Of a DNA stretch of 64,000 bases, positions 39,603 through 56,395 are shown piece after piece (position 1 is the stretch's first letter; each line of letters opens with the position of its first letter). The position numbers were made by a program, and so were the translations under genes. The DNA lies in the NCBI RefSeq assembly GCF_009914755.1, contig NC_060926.1. The stretch is one strand, 5' to 3'. The notes beneath the pieces were generated by a model. It saw only the letters and a list, made by a program, of their open reading frames with translations, did not search any database and was not told the origin of the DNA. The DNA is from the human T2T-CHM13v2.0 reference genome, Homo sapiens.

Positions 39603-39861
39603 TAGAAGTGCTAATAAAATGGCTTTCCATTTTTTTCCATTTATTCAGCAATACTTACTAAGCTATTTTATTGTATCCCAGGGGCTGGCTGGACTCTGTG
39701 GGGAATACAAAAGGACCAGAAATAGTCCCTGCCCACAGTGAACTTAAAATTTGCTTACGGAAGAGCAGCTTTATACACAGATAACCTTGAACTAGGGTTG
39801 AAAGTGATGAAAGTTTTGAGAGTGCTGTGAACTTTGCACAGAAAGAGAGAGTTTAAGTTCA

Positions 39862-40306
<445 letters not shown>

Positions 40307-40368
40307 TCATAGTAAAATAACTTTAATAGAGCTTCCATTTAGTAATGGCAATAATATATATAGAACTA

Positions 40369-40676
40369 GGCCGGGTGTGGTGGCTCACGCCTGTAATCCC
40401 AGCACTTTGGGAGGCCAAGGCAGGCAGATCATTTGAGGTCAGGAGTTCAAGACCAGCCTGATCAATGTGGTGAAACGCCATTTCTACTAAAAATACAAAA
40501 AAATTAGCCAGGCATGGCGGCGGGTGCCTGTAGTCTCAGCTACTCGGGAGACTGAGGCAGGAGAATCACTTGAACCCAGGAGGCGGAGGTTGTAGTGAGC
40601 TGAGATCGTGCCACTGTACTTCAGCCTGGGTGACAGAGTGAGACCCCATCTCAATTTGAAAAATAAAAAAATAAAT
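40369..40676 (+). mobile_element. Alu (AluS-like)
   Basis: Full-length Alu. Confidence 0.94.
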
Positions 40677-41202
40677 AGAATTACAGAACCACAAGGGACC
40701 TTAGAGAAATAATGCACTTATTTTGCAAATGAGAAAGCTGAGGCCTAGAGAGGGAAATGAGTTACCCAAAATCAAATAGCTAGACCTGGGTCTAGACTCT
40801 TTCCATAAATTATATGTCAAATTTCTTTGGTATAACTTTAGTTATTAAAATCTTTTTGAACTCGGAAGGTGAAAAACTTGCTTCTTCAGTGACCAAATCA
40901 TGGAAAAATCCCTGGAATCTTCTTGTTTCCAGTTTCAGGCAGTCCTACATTACAGTTCCTTTTTGAGTAAAAAATGCGTGGCCACAGTCCAAAGTTAATG
41001 TGTGTCCAAAAGGATAAGTGGACCAAATAGCAATTTATAATTACATACTAAACTCAGAGCCGCACAGAGGCTGAAAACAAAAAGCTTGAGTATATTTGGT
41101 TTGATCATATTAATTGAAAAATTTCAGTCTGCAGCACACTTGTCTTCAAAAAATGTTGATTTGAAAAGTACTGTAAATCTCAGTTTTCCACTTCCTTTCT
41201 AG

Positions 41203-41331
<129 letters not shown>

Positions 41332-41558
41332 TGAGTATACAATATGTTCTAATAATGCACCTACTATTTACCTTTCTATTGAATGCCTTAAAAGTTATTT
41401 ATTTGTAAGTTTGTCTTTCTATAAATGATAACTCTGTTTCTATAGGAAAAAAACCTTGTCACATAAAATTTTGTTTCTAATTCTAGTCTCTTAATGTCAT
41501 AAAGAATTATATTTTATGAAAATATGCTTTTAGACAAACATCAGAAACACTAGGTCTC

Positions 41559-41895
41559 AGCTGAGCACGGTGGCTCACGCCTATAATCCCAGCACTTTGG
41601 GAGGCCAAGGTGGGCAGATCACCTGAGGTCAGGAGTTCAAGACCAACACTTTGGGAGCCAACATGGCAAAACCCCGCCTCTACTAAAAATACAAAAAATT
41701 AGCCAGGCATGGTGGCATGTGCCTGTAATCTCAGCTACTCAGACAGCTGAGGTGGGAGAATCACCTGAGCCCAGGAGGTTGAGACTGCAGTGAGCCGTGA
41801 TTGTGCCACTGCACTCTACACTCCAGCCTGGGCAACAGAGTGAAACCCTGTCTCAAAACAAACAAAAAATACACACACACACACACACGCACACA
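41559..41895 (+). mobile_element. Alu with small internal duplications, followed by (CA)n
   Basis: Second cactttgggag at ~41647; cactctacactcc. Confidence 0.9.
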
Positions 41896-42056
41896 ATCAG
41901 AAAAACTACAGAAAAAAATAGTTGCTCTCTTAGAGTAGTTGATACAAGGATGCATTTTTCACTTTCATAATTTCCTTTAACAGTATTATTACATTTTTCA
42001 TAAAGACTGAATACTTCAATACCCTACTACAGATCTGTAGTAAGAAGAGATACCTA

Positions 42057-42372
<316 letters not shown>

Positions 42373-42427
42373 TTATACTCATATTTATTCCTTCTCAGTC
42401 TTTCATTCTCATTTTTCTCTTTCTTTC

Positions 42428-42435
42428 TGTCTCTC

Positions 42436-42470
<35 letters not shown>
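42428..42470 (+). repeat. (CT)n microsatellite
   Basis: Near-perfect ct repeats. Confidence 0.9.
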
Positions 42471-42471
<1 letters not shown>

Positions 42472-43800
42472 GGTGTTCACCGAGCTTCAACTGTAAGGCC
42501 TATCACTTAGCTGGATGCTATAAATAAAATTGTAATAAATACAGACAGACCCAGTTCCTGATCTTTTGGAATCTACGGGTTAGTGAGGAAGACTATTGTT
42601 GGGCATATCCTCACTCTAATGAGTGTGTAATGACACAGTATGTTCTCTGAAGAGAGAGAGAGGTACTGTGAGGGCACACAACAGTGAGCCTGACCTAGAC
42701 GGGAGACCTCGGGAGGCTTCTTTGAGGAAATGATGTTTATACCAAGTTCAGAGGGAGATGGAAGTGGGAACATCAAAATGCATAGAAAAGAATGTTCAAA
42801 GGCCTGTAGATGGAGGCTGCTTAGCTTGTGTCAAGAATTGAGAAAATGCCGGAGACTCCGGAGCACACACCTTCTCTACAGATAAAATGGTAATGTACTT
42901 TGGCATGTAGTCAGGAACCAGATTTCCTTTCTTTCTTTTTAAATATTTTCATTTCTTTCATGTATTAGCAAAAGGTAGTACTTAATAAACACTGTTAACT
43001 GACCAGCTCACATTAATTATAACAAAATAATGGTATTTTGCTGGTTTTATTTGAGTCTTATACCCTGTAAATTAAGGAATCTATAAAATGTCAGACCCAG
43101 AGCCTGGTGGAATTATTGGAGTGGTACTCAGAGGTCTCTTTTTGGAAGATGTTCAGACTTAAAATTGGAATGTAAGAATTGAAGGCACTGTACAACATAA
43201 AGAATGTAATTTTGATCCACTTTAAAATTTCTTGTTCTAATAGTCTATCCCACAGAAATATGCAGATAAGTGGGCAGAGTATTCCAGTATGTCACAGTAT
43301 CTTCCTTGTCATGTTTTTGTCATATTCTTTGTCAATGTTTTTGTTAAAAACTTGGGACAGACACTCACATGTTTATTACTAGGGAGAACAGTTAAATAAA
43401 TATGGCACATTCATATTTTGGGCTCTTCTCTCATCCAGTTGGCCACTTAAAGGGCCACCCAGTATTTGAACAGACTCTGTTGATCTGAATAAATGGTGGT
43501 TGTGAACACTGGAGCTTCTTTATTCAGGGGCTCATGAGCTGTGATGATTTGCCAGAGGTTCAAGTAATAAGAAAGTGACTATTAATCTTTGGTGTCTAAG
43601 ATTTTAAAATCATGCATTCCTAGAGATAAGCAATATTGCATAGATATTGGAAATCTAATAGGCTTCATCCCTGGAGGGACCTGTTTCCCTTGAGGGCAAA
43701 CTTTATCAAGGTATCAGTGGCCCTTTGGTGACTGGGAAGGACAGCAGGCTAGAATATTTGGACCTTCTAGATTATTATTGTAGTTCTGTTTAATCTGGAG

Positions 43801-43986
43801 CAGTAGTTCCCAACGTGGGCCCAACACTAGCAGCCTCAGGACCACGTGGAACATGTTAGAAATGCAAATCATTAGGCCCCACTTCAGACCCACTGAGTCA
43901 GAATTTCCGGGGGTGGAGCCCAGGAGTCCCTGTTTTGACAGCTCTCCAGATAATTCTTACACGTGCTGGGTTTTGAGAAGCACTGA
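43801..43986. mobile_element. MER5A (hAT-Charlie MITE)
   Basis: Inverted termini cagtagttcccaa / ttgagaagcactg; internal ttagaaatgcaaat...aggccccac..cagacc. Confidence 0.88.
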
Positions 43987-43991
43987 CCTAA

Positions 43992-44412
<421 letters not shown>

Positions 44413-44571
44413 TAAACCTTATGAATGCTTAATACATACCAACTCTGAGTATGATGGCTATGATTGGAACTGAAGTGAAATTTGGATAAAATTTGGATAT
44501 GAAAGACAGGTAAAAATAATGCTTCAAGTCTAACAAACATCACAAGGAAGGACAAAGAGAGTCGTGAATAA

Positions 44572-44874
44572 AAATTTTTTGGTTGACAGTTGGTTGAGTT
44601 TATCCAAAGACCTGGAATCAATAGAAAGGAATGTCTGGGTTGCCATAAGAGGTTGTGGAGTCTTCACTTCAAGTTGTTCTGCCTTCCTAGACCAAACCAA
44701 TAGATTTCTTAAGTTATTTGATTGAAGTCTCAGCCTCCGTAAAATGCGTAAAACCAAGCAGCTCCCCGACCACCTTGGGTACATGTTCTCAGGACCTCCT
44801 GAGGGCTGTGTCACAGGCCATGGTCACACATATTTGGCTCAGAATAAATCTCTTCAAAAATTTTTTTTTAAAAG
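44572..44874 (+). mobile_element. MER4-family LTR 3' fragment with an inverted 5' segment
   Basis: 44661-44862 is forward MER4 LTR (ccccgaccaccttggg...ggctcagaataaatctcttcaaa); 44572-44660 is the reverse complement of the upstream LTR part. Confidence 0.75.
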
Positions 44875-45527
44875 AGAGAATTGTGAATAACAGATGATGA
44901 TTACCTTGTTTAAAAGTAAAACCTCATGACAATGTCTTTGACAGCAGGAAAAAAATTAACTCAACTGAAAGGCTTGATTTTTAACAGAACTCTGAAATGG
45001 CTGGATAGCCACAGCTATGAGAAAGTAATGTTTCTAAACATGGCCGTGCTTTGCCGGTGTTTATAAGTAGCTTAGACAATGAGCCCTAATTTCTAGTGAT
45101 ACAGTTAGGAGGGAACCTTGCTGTGACCTGTCACACAGCCAAGGACCTGATTCTTCATCTGCCAAGCAGCAGGGTAACAAACAAAGCTAAAATATCAATT
45201 CTCTTTATCATGGAATTTTAAATGGATACTTAACAAGTGATGGAATTTTAATTATTTAGATTCAGGTATGAAAGATCTAATTAACAGGTTTTGAACTTGT
45301 TCTCATAGACAACCGTTGGCAACTAACATTTAAATTCTATTCATAGTTAAGCTTCTTATTTAATTTGATTTCTCACTGTGTTTTTGAAGTTGTAAGAGCC
45401 AAGGCATGTTTTTAACAAAAGAAAACTGGCCATAGCCAGAAGTTTAAGCCAAGAAATGGAGTTTATCCCATTTCTCCTAGCTATGTTCACACCAAAAAAA
45501 ATTCCAGGATCAAGAGACTCTCATGTG

Positions 45528-45830
45528 GACCAGGCACCGTGGCTCACGCCTGTAATCCCAGCACTTTGGGATCCTAGGCAGGCGGATCACCTGAGGTGAG
45601 GAGTTCAAGACCAGCCTGGCCAACATGGTGAAACCCCGTCTCTACTAAAAATACAAAAATTAGCTGGGCATGGTGGCATGCGCCTGTAGTCCCGGCTACA
45701 TGGGAGGCTGGGGCAGGAGAATCGCATGAACCCAGGAGGCAGAGGTTGCAGTGAGCCAAATCGTGCCACTGCATGCCACTGCACTCCAGTCTGGGTGACA
45801 GAGCGAGACTCTGTCTCAAAAAAAAAAAAA
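45528..45830 (+). mobile_element. Alu (AluS-like), TSD agactctcatg
   Basis: Alu with 10-bp internal duplication tgccactgca. Confidence 0.93.
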
Positions 45831-45899
45831 GAGAGAGAGAGACTCTCATGATTCCAGAGACCTCTGGGGAATACTACTACTGGTACTCCTACTACTACT

Positions 45900-46060
45900 A
45901 ACCCTCATTTGTTGAACATTTACCTAACATCAGGCCTTATTCTTAACTCTTTGTATGCATTCTTACATAATCCTTACAACCCTTTGAGGTACTATTATTA
46001 TTTCCATCTCACAGATGAGGTAACTGAAGCTTTAGAGAGTTAAGTCACTTGCCTAAGACT
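45900..46060 (-). mobile_element. MIR
   Basis: gaggtactattattatttccatctcacagatgaggtaactgaagc. Confidence 0.8.
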
Positions 46061-46279
46061 ATGAAAGGGAATTCTTCAGGATTTTTGGCAAATAATTCCT
46101 GTACTTAGCAATTCTCACGTACCATTTATTTGTCCATTCATGCCATCTACCAGTGCCAAGACTTGTTTGAAGCCTTGGGAATTCCAAGGTGAATAGAGTT
46201 TCCTTGCCCTTTAGAATCTTCCAGTTTATAGGGAGAGGCAGACATGAAGTCTTAGCAATGCAATCAGTGCTGTAACAGG

Positions 46280-46540
46280 AAGAATGTAGCACAGGAGTGA
46301 AGAACATGGGCTGGAGACAGGCTGCCTGGGTTAGAATCCTGGCTCTACCACTTACTATGTGGCCCTGAGCAAGTCACTTAACATCTCTGTGCCTCAGGTA
46401 CCCTGTATGTGAAACGGAGGTCAAAATGACTCCCACCTCTAGGGTTGTCTGAAGGATTAAATGTTGGCAATTGTAAAGCACTTGGTTCAGAGCCTGCCAC
46501 ATAGTAAATGCTTTGTAGATATTTGTCGTTACCATGAGTA
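46280..46540 (+). mobile_element. MIR
   Basis: ctgcctgggttagaatcctggctctaccacttact...gcaagtcacttaacatctctgtgcctcag. Confidence 0.85.
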
Positions 46541-48923
46541 TGACGCATACGTACAAGAGGTTGTAGGGACATAGAGGAAGACTTTGCAGAGTGGTGACTT
46601 CTGAGCAGATGACTGGAAGTTGGACGCCACTGAGGCAGGAAGAGAACAATTGCAGTTTTAGTAGAGTATAACCAGTAGACCATGGTGGACTGAGGAGTGA
46701 AGGAAGGGTGAACAGAGAGAGATTGCAGGCTTTCCCCCCAGTAAGTTTACAAGAGGATGGGAAGGGCAACAGTAGGAAATAAATGCTCTGAAGAATGAAT
46801 ATGGATCCAGTTGAGGGCAAGCAAAAGGATCGCCCAGTGGTGCTGAGAGCCCTGCTGAATTTGGAAGCAGTATATTTGCGTAGTGGTACTGGTCCACAGT
46901 GACGCAATTTCCATCCCACAGTATTCAGCTTCCTGGGTGTCCAATGAGGAGGTGGAGATTTGGGAATACCCCCGCGAGCTAATCTAAGCCTTGCCTGCTG
47001 TCATGGAAGCCCATTCTGTCTGCTGCAGGCCTCTTTAGGATTTGGAAGCAGCTGAAAGCTGGCCATATTGTGAGAGGCTTAGATCACATTCCTCTAGTGC
47101 CTTTCCTATTCAAGCTCCATGGATTTGATTTTTATGACTTCTTGGTCATTTTTGTTCCTCTTCAAATTCTCCCCAAATCCCTGGATAGCTATTGGAGCCA
47201 AAACTGTTTCATTAGGGATTTGAGCCCATGGTTCATGTCCAGTATTGTTTCTCTCTCTCTCTCTTTTTTTTTTTTTTTGCTAGTGATACTTCCTTTTCCC
47301 CTGTCAGGCTCAATTGTGTTGCCTGCTGGGAATAAGAGAAAATGCACTTAAGCTCTTCTTGCCTGTAACCATTTGGTTCTTTTTCTCCCCTTAGCCATAT
47401 TACCAAACCTTCCAGTGGTAACACTTAGCTAAACTCTAATGGATTACAGTGATGAGTATGATATACTTCCTAACTTCAAGTAGGGAGAATAAGCTATGCA
47501 TACAAATGTAAGCATGCCAAAAAGAAAGGCTTTCATCTTAAATTTTCTTCTCTTTGTTTCATACGGCTTTGCTGATATCATTTTGGATTTGTCATCTGTT
47601 TCTGTTGCCCAGCCATATTCTACTACCAGTTTAACAATATAATCCTGCATTATTTGTCTTTGTGTAGTCATCATAGATTAAAATGGAGCTTAGGATTTTT
47701 CTGATTTGTAAACTGGGTAAAGAGGAAAGAATGAATAGAATCATGGGGTAGGAGGAGCTTTTCAAAGTATACCCACCCATGCTTGCCCAGAGATTCAGAC
47801 CTGCTGCCCTCCCCTTCCCTGCTATTTGAGAGAATTACTGGGAGAGATACTGTAAATGATAGGGGTGTGTCCTCTCCCACAAGTGTGTAGGGGGAAGAAA
47901 AGGCTGAAAATGCAAAGTTATAGCCAAACTGAGCACACACCTAACAGTTACTGTATCTAAATCTCTCTTTTCCAGCCACTGTGTTGTCATGGCAGTATTC
48001 AGGTGTGTCAAGATGTTGCTCACCCACCCCATTGTCACAGCATTTAGAGCCGTTACAGCACCTGTGCCTGATCTGCAGCCTGAAGTCAGAGCCCCACAAA
48101 TCTCACATATGAATAAATGACACAGTGAATAAATAAAGAGAGTCACTGATTTGATGAAGACCCCCCTAGGCAGACAAAAGCCATGTTGTGTTTCAGTGAG
48201 TAATAGTGATAACATGTAAACTATTTTTGAGCCCCTAAAGCTGCTTATCAGATTGTGGCCAAAAAGTCAAAACACACTTAAATCTATAAATATTATCTTT
48301 CAGATTCCCAGAGAAAACTCACCTTCTCCCCCTCCCCTTATTTGATGTTGATTTGGGGGTAGTTTTGAGTTGAAACCTTCACTTCCTTTTCTGTGCTGTG
48401 TCCAAGGTATTCAGGAAGGATCATGAGGGTTTTGAAGACTGGGTTTATACAGCCCATTGAAATAAAGGCCTGTATCATACATTCCTTGCAAGAGAGGGCA
48501 TATTTAATTTCGCTTGATGTCTTAGGTCCTTCCTCAGGAACATTTAAGGATTTGGTGTTTCAAGGCCTAGAAAATTGCTTCATCCCTTTACTTCTACTTA
48601 TATATTTTTATTTATATTTAAAGTGGATTTCTTATAAGCGCCATATAGTTGGGTTTTATATTTTATCAACTATGACAATCTCTGTCTTTTCATTGGTGTA
48701 TTTAGACAATTGACATTTAATGTGATTCAGCGCCACCTCCAGCACTTCTCAACCTCAACCTCAAAGCAGTTTTTTCTTATTTTGCGGAAAGTACTAAATA
48801 GAACAGAAACAGAAGTCATTGACAGTAGTAGTCTAAGTTCATACCACTTAGAGTACTGTGTTAAAACAACCCCATCTCAGTCCTCTGGATTTATCTTTAC
48901 TTTATTTCCTTGTAAGAATATAA

Positions 48924-49127
<204 letters not shown>

Positions 49128-49469
49128 TGAAATAATATGATACTAATTTCTACACTGAATTAAACGTAAAATAATATACTTCAATAATTCTTTACATTCG
49201 TTTTGCTACAATTAGCACCTTAAAAATTACAGGCACTATAATTATAGTTTGCCTCTAAACTGCTGACAATTGCAATGATGTAGAATGAGACAGTATTCCA
49301 TAAAGAGAACCCAGTTTCTTAATTATTTTGAAAATATATCTCTAGGCTTTGTATTTAATAAAGGAATTGGAGTGTAGAGCTGTGGGCTTGAAGATGTCAT
49401 GCTGAAATCGCTTGGTAGTCTAATAGGAGTAAGTCCTTGAAAAGGCTAGAGCACTTTCTTTTATTTGCC

Positions 49470-49499
49470 TATTGTATCAGCTAGGATTAAGTTCAATCT

Positions 49500-49541
<42 letters not shown>

Positions 49542-49970
49542 TAATACTGACTTAATCAGAATAGAAGTATATTTAGCGCTCACATAGAGAGCGAGGCATC
49601 CTGGCACCTCTGTGAAGCCATTAGGGTCATGGGCTTTATCCTGTTCTCTCTTCTGCCATCCCTAGGGTGTCATCACCATGGTCCTGGGAGTCTGCCAGAG
49701 TGCCAGCTAATGTCAGTGTTCCGGGCTTCAGGGTGGGGGAAGGGCTGAAAAGGGCATGCTCTCCCGCACTTGAGAAAACTTCTCAGCAGCTGCATAGAAC
49801 GCCTCCATTCATGTCTCTCCCATCAGAATTTAGTCACATGGCCTTGCCTACTACCTACCAGGGAGTCCGGGGAATGTGGTCTCAGCGGGGTGGCAGTGTG
49901 CCCAGCTAAATTTAAGGTTTTTCTTAAGAAGGAGAGAATGGTCATAAGATGCAACCCATAGTCTCAACCA
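49470..49970. mobile_element. Old MaLR (MLT1-like) LTR with (CA)n at 49503-49537
   Basis: tgtatcagctaggattaagttca and cagaatttagtcacatggcc motifs. Confidence 0.55.
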
Positions 49971-50200
49971 CACCCAAGTCTTTGCCTAGGTTAATTAAGG
50001 AAAATGTTAAAGCAACTCTGCCATATGGCATCTGGACCAAGGCTTAGATTCCCCAGGGTCTTTGGCCTATGGCTCTTCACGCTACACTCTGTCCCAGGAC
50101 ATCTCAATCATTCTTTTTATTCTATGCACCACCTATGCCAGTGTTTCCCAGATCTTTTTTCTTCAGTTCGTAGTTTTTTTATGGGCTCCTTAAAATCAAC

Positions 50201-50503
50201 TTTTTTTTTTTTTTTTTTTTTGAGACAGAGTTTCCCTCTTTTGCCCAAGCTGGAGTGAAGTGGCACAATCTTGGCTCACTGTAACCCCCACCTCCCGGGT
50301 TCAAGCGATTCTCCTGCCTCAGCCTCCCTAGTAGCTGGAATTATAGGCACTCACCACCATGCTCTGCTAATTTTCGTATTTTTAGTAGAGACGGGGTTTC
50401 ACCATGTTGGCCAGGCTAGTCTCGAACTCCTGACCTCAAGTGATCCACCTGCCTTGGCCTCCCAAAGTGCTAGGATTACAGGCGTGAGCCACCGCGCCCA
50501 GCC
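50201..50503 (-). mobile_element. Alu (AluS-like) inside an L2 fragment
   Basis: Reverse-complement Alu. Confidence 0.94.
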
Positions 50504-50859
50504 AAAATCAGCATATTGAAAACCAAACTAATCATCGTCCCTCCTCTGTGTTCACATTCTGTCTCCTCTTTATGATACTGCCTCCACCCGGTCCCCCAAA
50601 CAAGCTTCACACCTGGGAATTATCATGACTCTTCCCTCACTTTGGCCCTTTTCCACCAGTCACCACATCCTGCGAATGTGAACTCTTAGGGATGTTTTAG
50701 TCTGTTCTCTCCTCTGTATGCTGACTTCTGTTGCTAAGGTTCGGATCATTGTCTCATACTGCCTGCTGTCCTGCAGCAGGCTCCTAAGTAGTGTGCCTTT
50801 CTCTGGTCTGGTCCCTCACAAATTTATCCTTCACACAAATGCTAGAGGGATTTTTTCCA

Positions 50860-51260
50860 CTTATCTATTGCTACATAACTAATGACTCCAAAACTCAGCT
50901 ACTTAAGACAGTAATTTGGGCAGGGATGTGAAGGGACAGTGTGTGTCTCTGCTTCCGGTGGTATCAGCTGACATAGCTTGAGAGCCAGTTGTCACTCTAT
51001 GGCTGAGGGCTGGAATCATTTGAAGGCTCCTTCAGTCATGTCTGGTGGCTGATTGATGCCGGCTGTTTGTGGGGACTTCTGCTGGGACTGTCAGCTGGAG
51101 CACCTTACACGTGGTCTCTTCATGTATATGACTGCTTGTGCTTCCTCCAAGAATGGTGAATGGGTGACAGCAACAATGTCCCAGAAGATAGACAAGAAGT
51201 GGAAACTGCTGTTTTCTTAAGGGCTGAGCCTGGAAACTGGCACAATGTCACCTGTGCATG
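50860..51260. mobile_element. MaLR (MLT1-like) LTR fragment
   Basis: tctattgctacataactaatgactccaaaactcagctactt...ggctggaatcatttgaaggctc. Confidence 0.55.
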
Positions 51261-51633
51261 GAGCTTTATTAGGCAGCACTAGTAACTGGGATAGAGATAC
51301 AGCAAAAATGTGAATCTAGCTCTGTCATTCCTTTTTTACATGCAAGGACTTTCAAGATCTGAACTCTGCCTGCCCCTCCAGCCTCAACATTCCCTTAATA
51401 CTCCCTACCTTGAACTTCATGCTCCAATAAAGTATAAATTGTGGTTCCGAACACAACTGTATATCCTGGGAAGGACTCTATTCCCGGGATTAATGCTAGT
51501 AGAATGAGAGTATGAACACAATAACATGGAGAAAATCTAGGAACAAAGTAATGAGAATATGGTTCTTGCTCCCATTACATTCAGGAGAGACCCTCAAAAA
51601 GTCCAACTAATAGTTTTTTGAAATTTCTTATAA

Positions 51634-51789
51634 CTTTTTTTTTTGAGATGGAGTCTTGCTCTGTCACCCAGGCTGGGCAATGGCATGATCTCGGCTGACT
51701 GCAACCTCCGCCTCCTGGGTTCAAGCGATTCTTCTGCCTCAGCCTCCCGAGTAGCTGGGATTACAGGTGCCTGCCACCACACCCGTCTG
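51634..51789 (-). mobile_element. Alu right-arm fragment
   Basis: Partial reverse-complement Alu. Confidence 0.88.
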
Positions 51790-51992
51790 TTGCCTTTTAT
51801 TTTTAACATCTATTTCATCTTATTATCAGCAATTAAAATAGTGCCTTAAAAATGAAAAATTGTCCTTGCAGACAATAACAAAGTAGTGACCTTTAGCAAG
51901 TACTACTAGATGGTGATAGTAAACTAGGAAGGTTAATGTAGAAATGGAACTCAAATGTTTAAATTACAGATTTTTTTCAAAATTAGAATTCA

Positions 51993-52264
<272 letters not shown>

Positions 52265-52449
52265 TTATAATTCAAATGTAATTTATAAAAATTCCTACAT
52301 ATGATTATGAAGTTCATAATCACATAATCATGACAAATAGATTTATGTATTATGTGTTAAAAAAGAATGTTTAGAAAAAATAAAACTAACTGATTTTCTG
52401 TCTTAAAACTCTTTTCAATATATTTTCACTTTTGTGGATTTCCAATTAG

Positions 52450-52596
<147 letters not shown>

Positions 52597-52740
52597 TAAG
52601 GAAATCTTTGTAACTCTTTATAGGGTAGGGTCATACTAGTTTTTTGGTAATATTTTTGTGTTCAAATTTTAAAGGTGAAAAACATTTGGACAGCTTTCTC
52701 AAGATTTTTTTAACATGATTGAGCCACAGGAGATTATAGA

Positions 52741-53048
52741 TTTTTTTTCTTTCTTTTTTTTTTTTTTTGAGACGGAGTCTCGCTCTGTCGCCCAGGCTGG
52801 AGTGCAGTGGCCCAATCTCGGCTCACTGCAAGCTCCGCCTCCCGGGTACAGCCATTCTCATGCCTCAGCCTCCCAAGTAGCTGGGACTACAGGCGCCCGC
52901 CACCACACCCAGCTAATTTATTGTATTTTTAGTAGAGATGGGGTTTCACCGTGTTAGCCAGGATGGTCTCGATCTCCTGACCTCATGAACTGCCTGTCTC
53001 AGCCTCCCAAAGTGCTGGGATTAGAGGCGTGAGCCACTGTGCCCAGCC
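52741..53048 (-). mobile_element. AluY-like
   Basis: gcaagctccgcctcccggg; gtgttagccaggatggtctcgatctcc. Confidence 0.93.
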
Positions 53049-53585
53049 AATATTTTTATTTAAGATAAGCCCAGAAGCTTTAGAATCTATATTTAAACTT
53101 TCTTTAATTAAAAAAAAAGGCTTTAGATGTACTTTTTAATTGATCTTTTTCATTCTTGTCCAGAACAACCCTGATAATAAATAAGAGAAAAAAATTGGCC
53201 AATAATATGTTTAATTTTATGAAGTACATACCAAAAAATTATATTTTGTATATTCTATTATGAATAAGTTGAAATAAAAATAAACTATCTTCTTACAAAA
53301 GACTTTTTAATATAAAAGTTTCTAATTTACCTCAATTTGGAGTTTCAATTTCAGAGAATATATAAAGAGAAGCTGATTAGATTTAGAAATAGAGGCAAAT
53401 CCAATTTATCGTGAGCTTTTCCAAAATAGAAACATTTAAGATCAGCCTTTTGTCTATGTAGAATAAGTGCTTGCCTTTGTAATTTGATTTGACAAGTTTC
53501 ACCTTGCATCTAACATCTCTCCAAGCCAGGGGTGGGAGGACCTAAAATTCTACCATCAGGGATTCATCTTTGGGCTCTACTACTT

Positions 53586-53929
<344 letters not shown>

Positions 53930-54117
53930 TTAAACTAATTTACGCTAAGTTTTGATGGTAGATATTCAGATTTTAAAAATGGACCTGCTGTGGGTACCTA
54001 GTTCATGCCGAAAACACGAATAGTATGAGAATTTGGTGAAAGGAATATTCCAGAAAGGACAAGTGATGGACAGTGGTGTGATGAGAGTCACAAAATCTTT
54101 ACCTGGGTTATGCCTAG

Positions 54118-54411
<294 letters not shown>

Positions 54412-55644
54412 TGACCAGATTTACCCCAGACTTAGTATCCTTGGCTTTTGTAAAAAATGAAGAAATATCCAATAATGTAAAGAAAACAATGAAGAGACAC
54501 TAGAGAAAGGGCAGAAAAGCTTCTCTATCTTTTCCTCTCTGCCCAACTTTTCCCACCCTAAATCATTTCTTGGACTCATTAGGTGAATCATGAGTCCTAA
54601 ACCACAGCTGAACTCTGCATTCTTCTGTTCATTCATTCATCCATGCACATGTTTACTCTGTCACTCATTTGCTCATTAGTATTTACTAAGTTCTGTCTGC
54701 TAAACATTGAGCTAAGCTCTAGGGATACATAACCTATTGTTTCAGATGGATTGTACATGAACTTCCAGGACTATTTTACTTTGTAACAACAGGCCTATAA
54801 ACAAACCACTGTATGGCAAATATCACTATGAGTCACATGAACAGACTGCTGCAGGAACACTGAGGAAGGAGACCCACCCTGCCCAGGGATGGCCAGCCCT
54901 TTCCCCAAGGGAAAAATTATGCCTTTTGATTCCTTTTCTTTCTGTTGAAACATGTCTCTTTGTACTTTCTCAGGCTCTTAAGATACATCTTGCCTTGTGT
55001 TATATTTTTCTGTGTGTTTGTTTTATACTCACTATTAAATTGCATGCTCCTTGAAACTATAAACTCACTGATCCTAAAATCTTCCTCTTGTACCTACTGT
55101 AGTGCTTTGCACGTAATTAATAATTATCACTTAATAAATATTGCTGAATAGCTGTGCAACTTTGGGCAAGTCAGGTTACCTCTCTGGACCTCACTTTTCC
55201 TCATCTGTTAATGAAATACTTAGATTAGAAAAGTAAAATCTAAGGTATCTTCTAACTCTGATTCTATGAGTGACTATATTATTGATAGGTGAGAATTAAT
55301 TTTTTTCTAGTGGAACTGAAAGCTGTATACTAATTAAGAAAAAGATGATAAAGTTAGTATTCTTAAACATCTATAAAATTAATGTACTTACGGGAAGTTG
55401 AACGTTACTTTTTAAAATTACAAGGAATAGATTTGAACTGTAGAGCAGCATGGATTTTAATTCTAACTTCAGCATTGGAAGTAATATTAAATACCCTTTT
55501 CTGTTCTGATAAAATGTGCTTGCTGGCACAAAATATTATTAAATAATAATATTGCTTTTCAAATTACGTGACAAGCATCTTTTTTGCTCACTTTTCTTTC
55601 TTTATAACAAGCGACACCTCCTTTGTTGCTTCATGGCATCCTGT

Positions 55645-56395
<751 letters not shown>

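Noticed and set aside
46374-46919. Longest ORF in the track (181 aa, minus strand)
   Set aside because: Runs into a MIR, has no recognisable domain and no supporting splice or promoter context; consistent with chance.
52302-52322. 10-bp perfect hairpin tgattatgaa-g-ttcataatca
   Set aside because: Short and AT-rich; no evidence of function.
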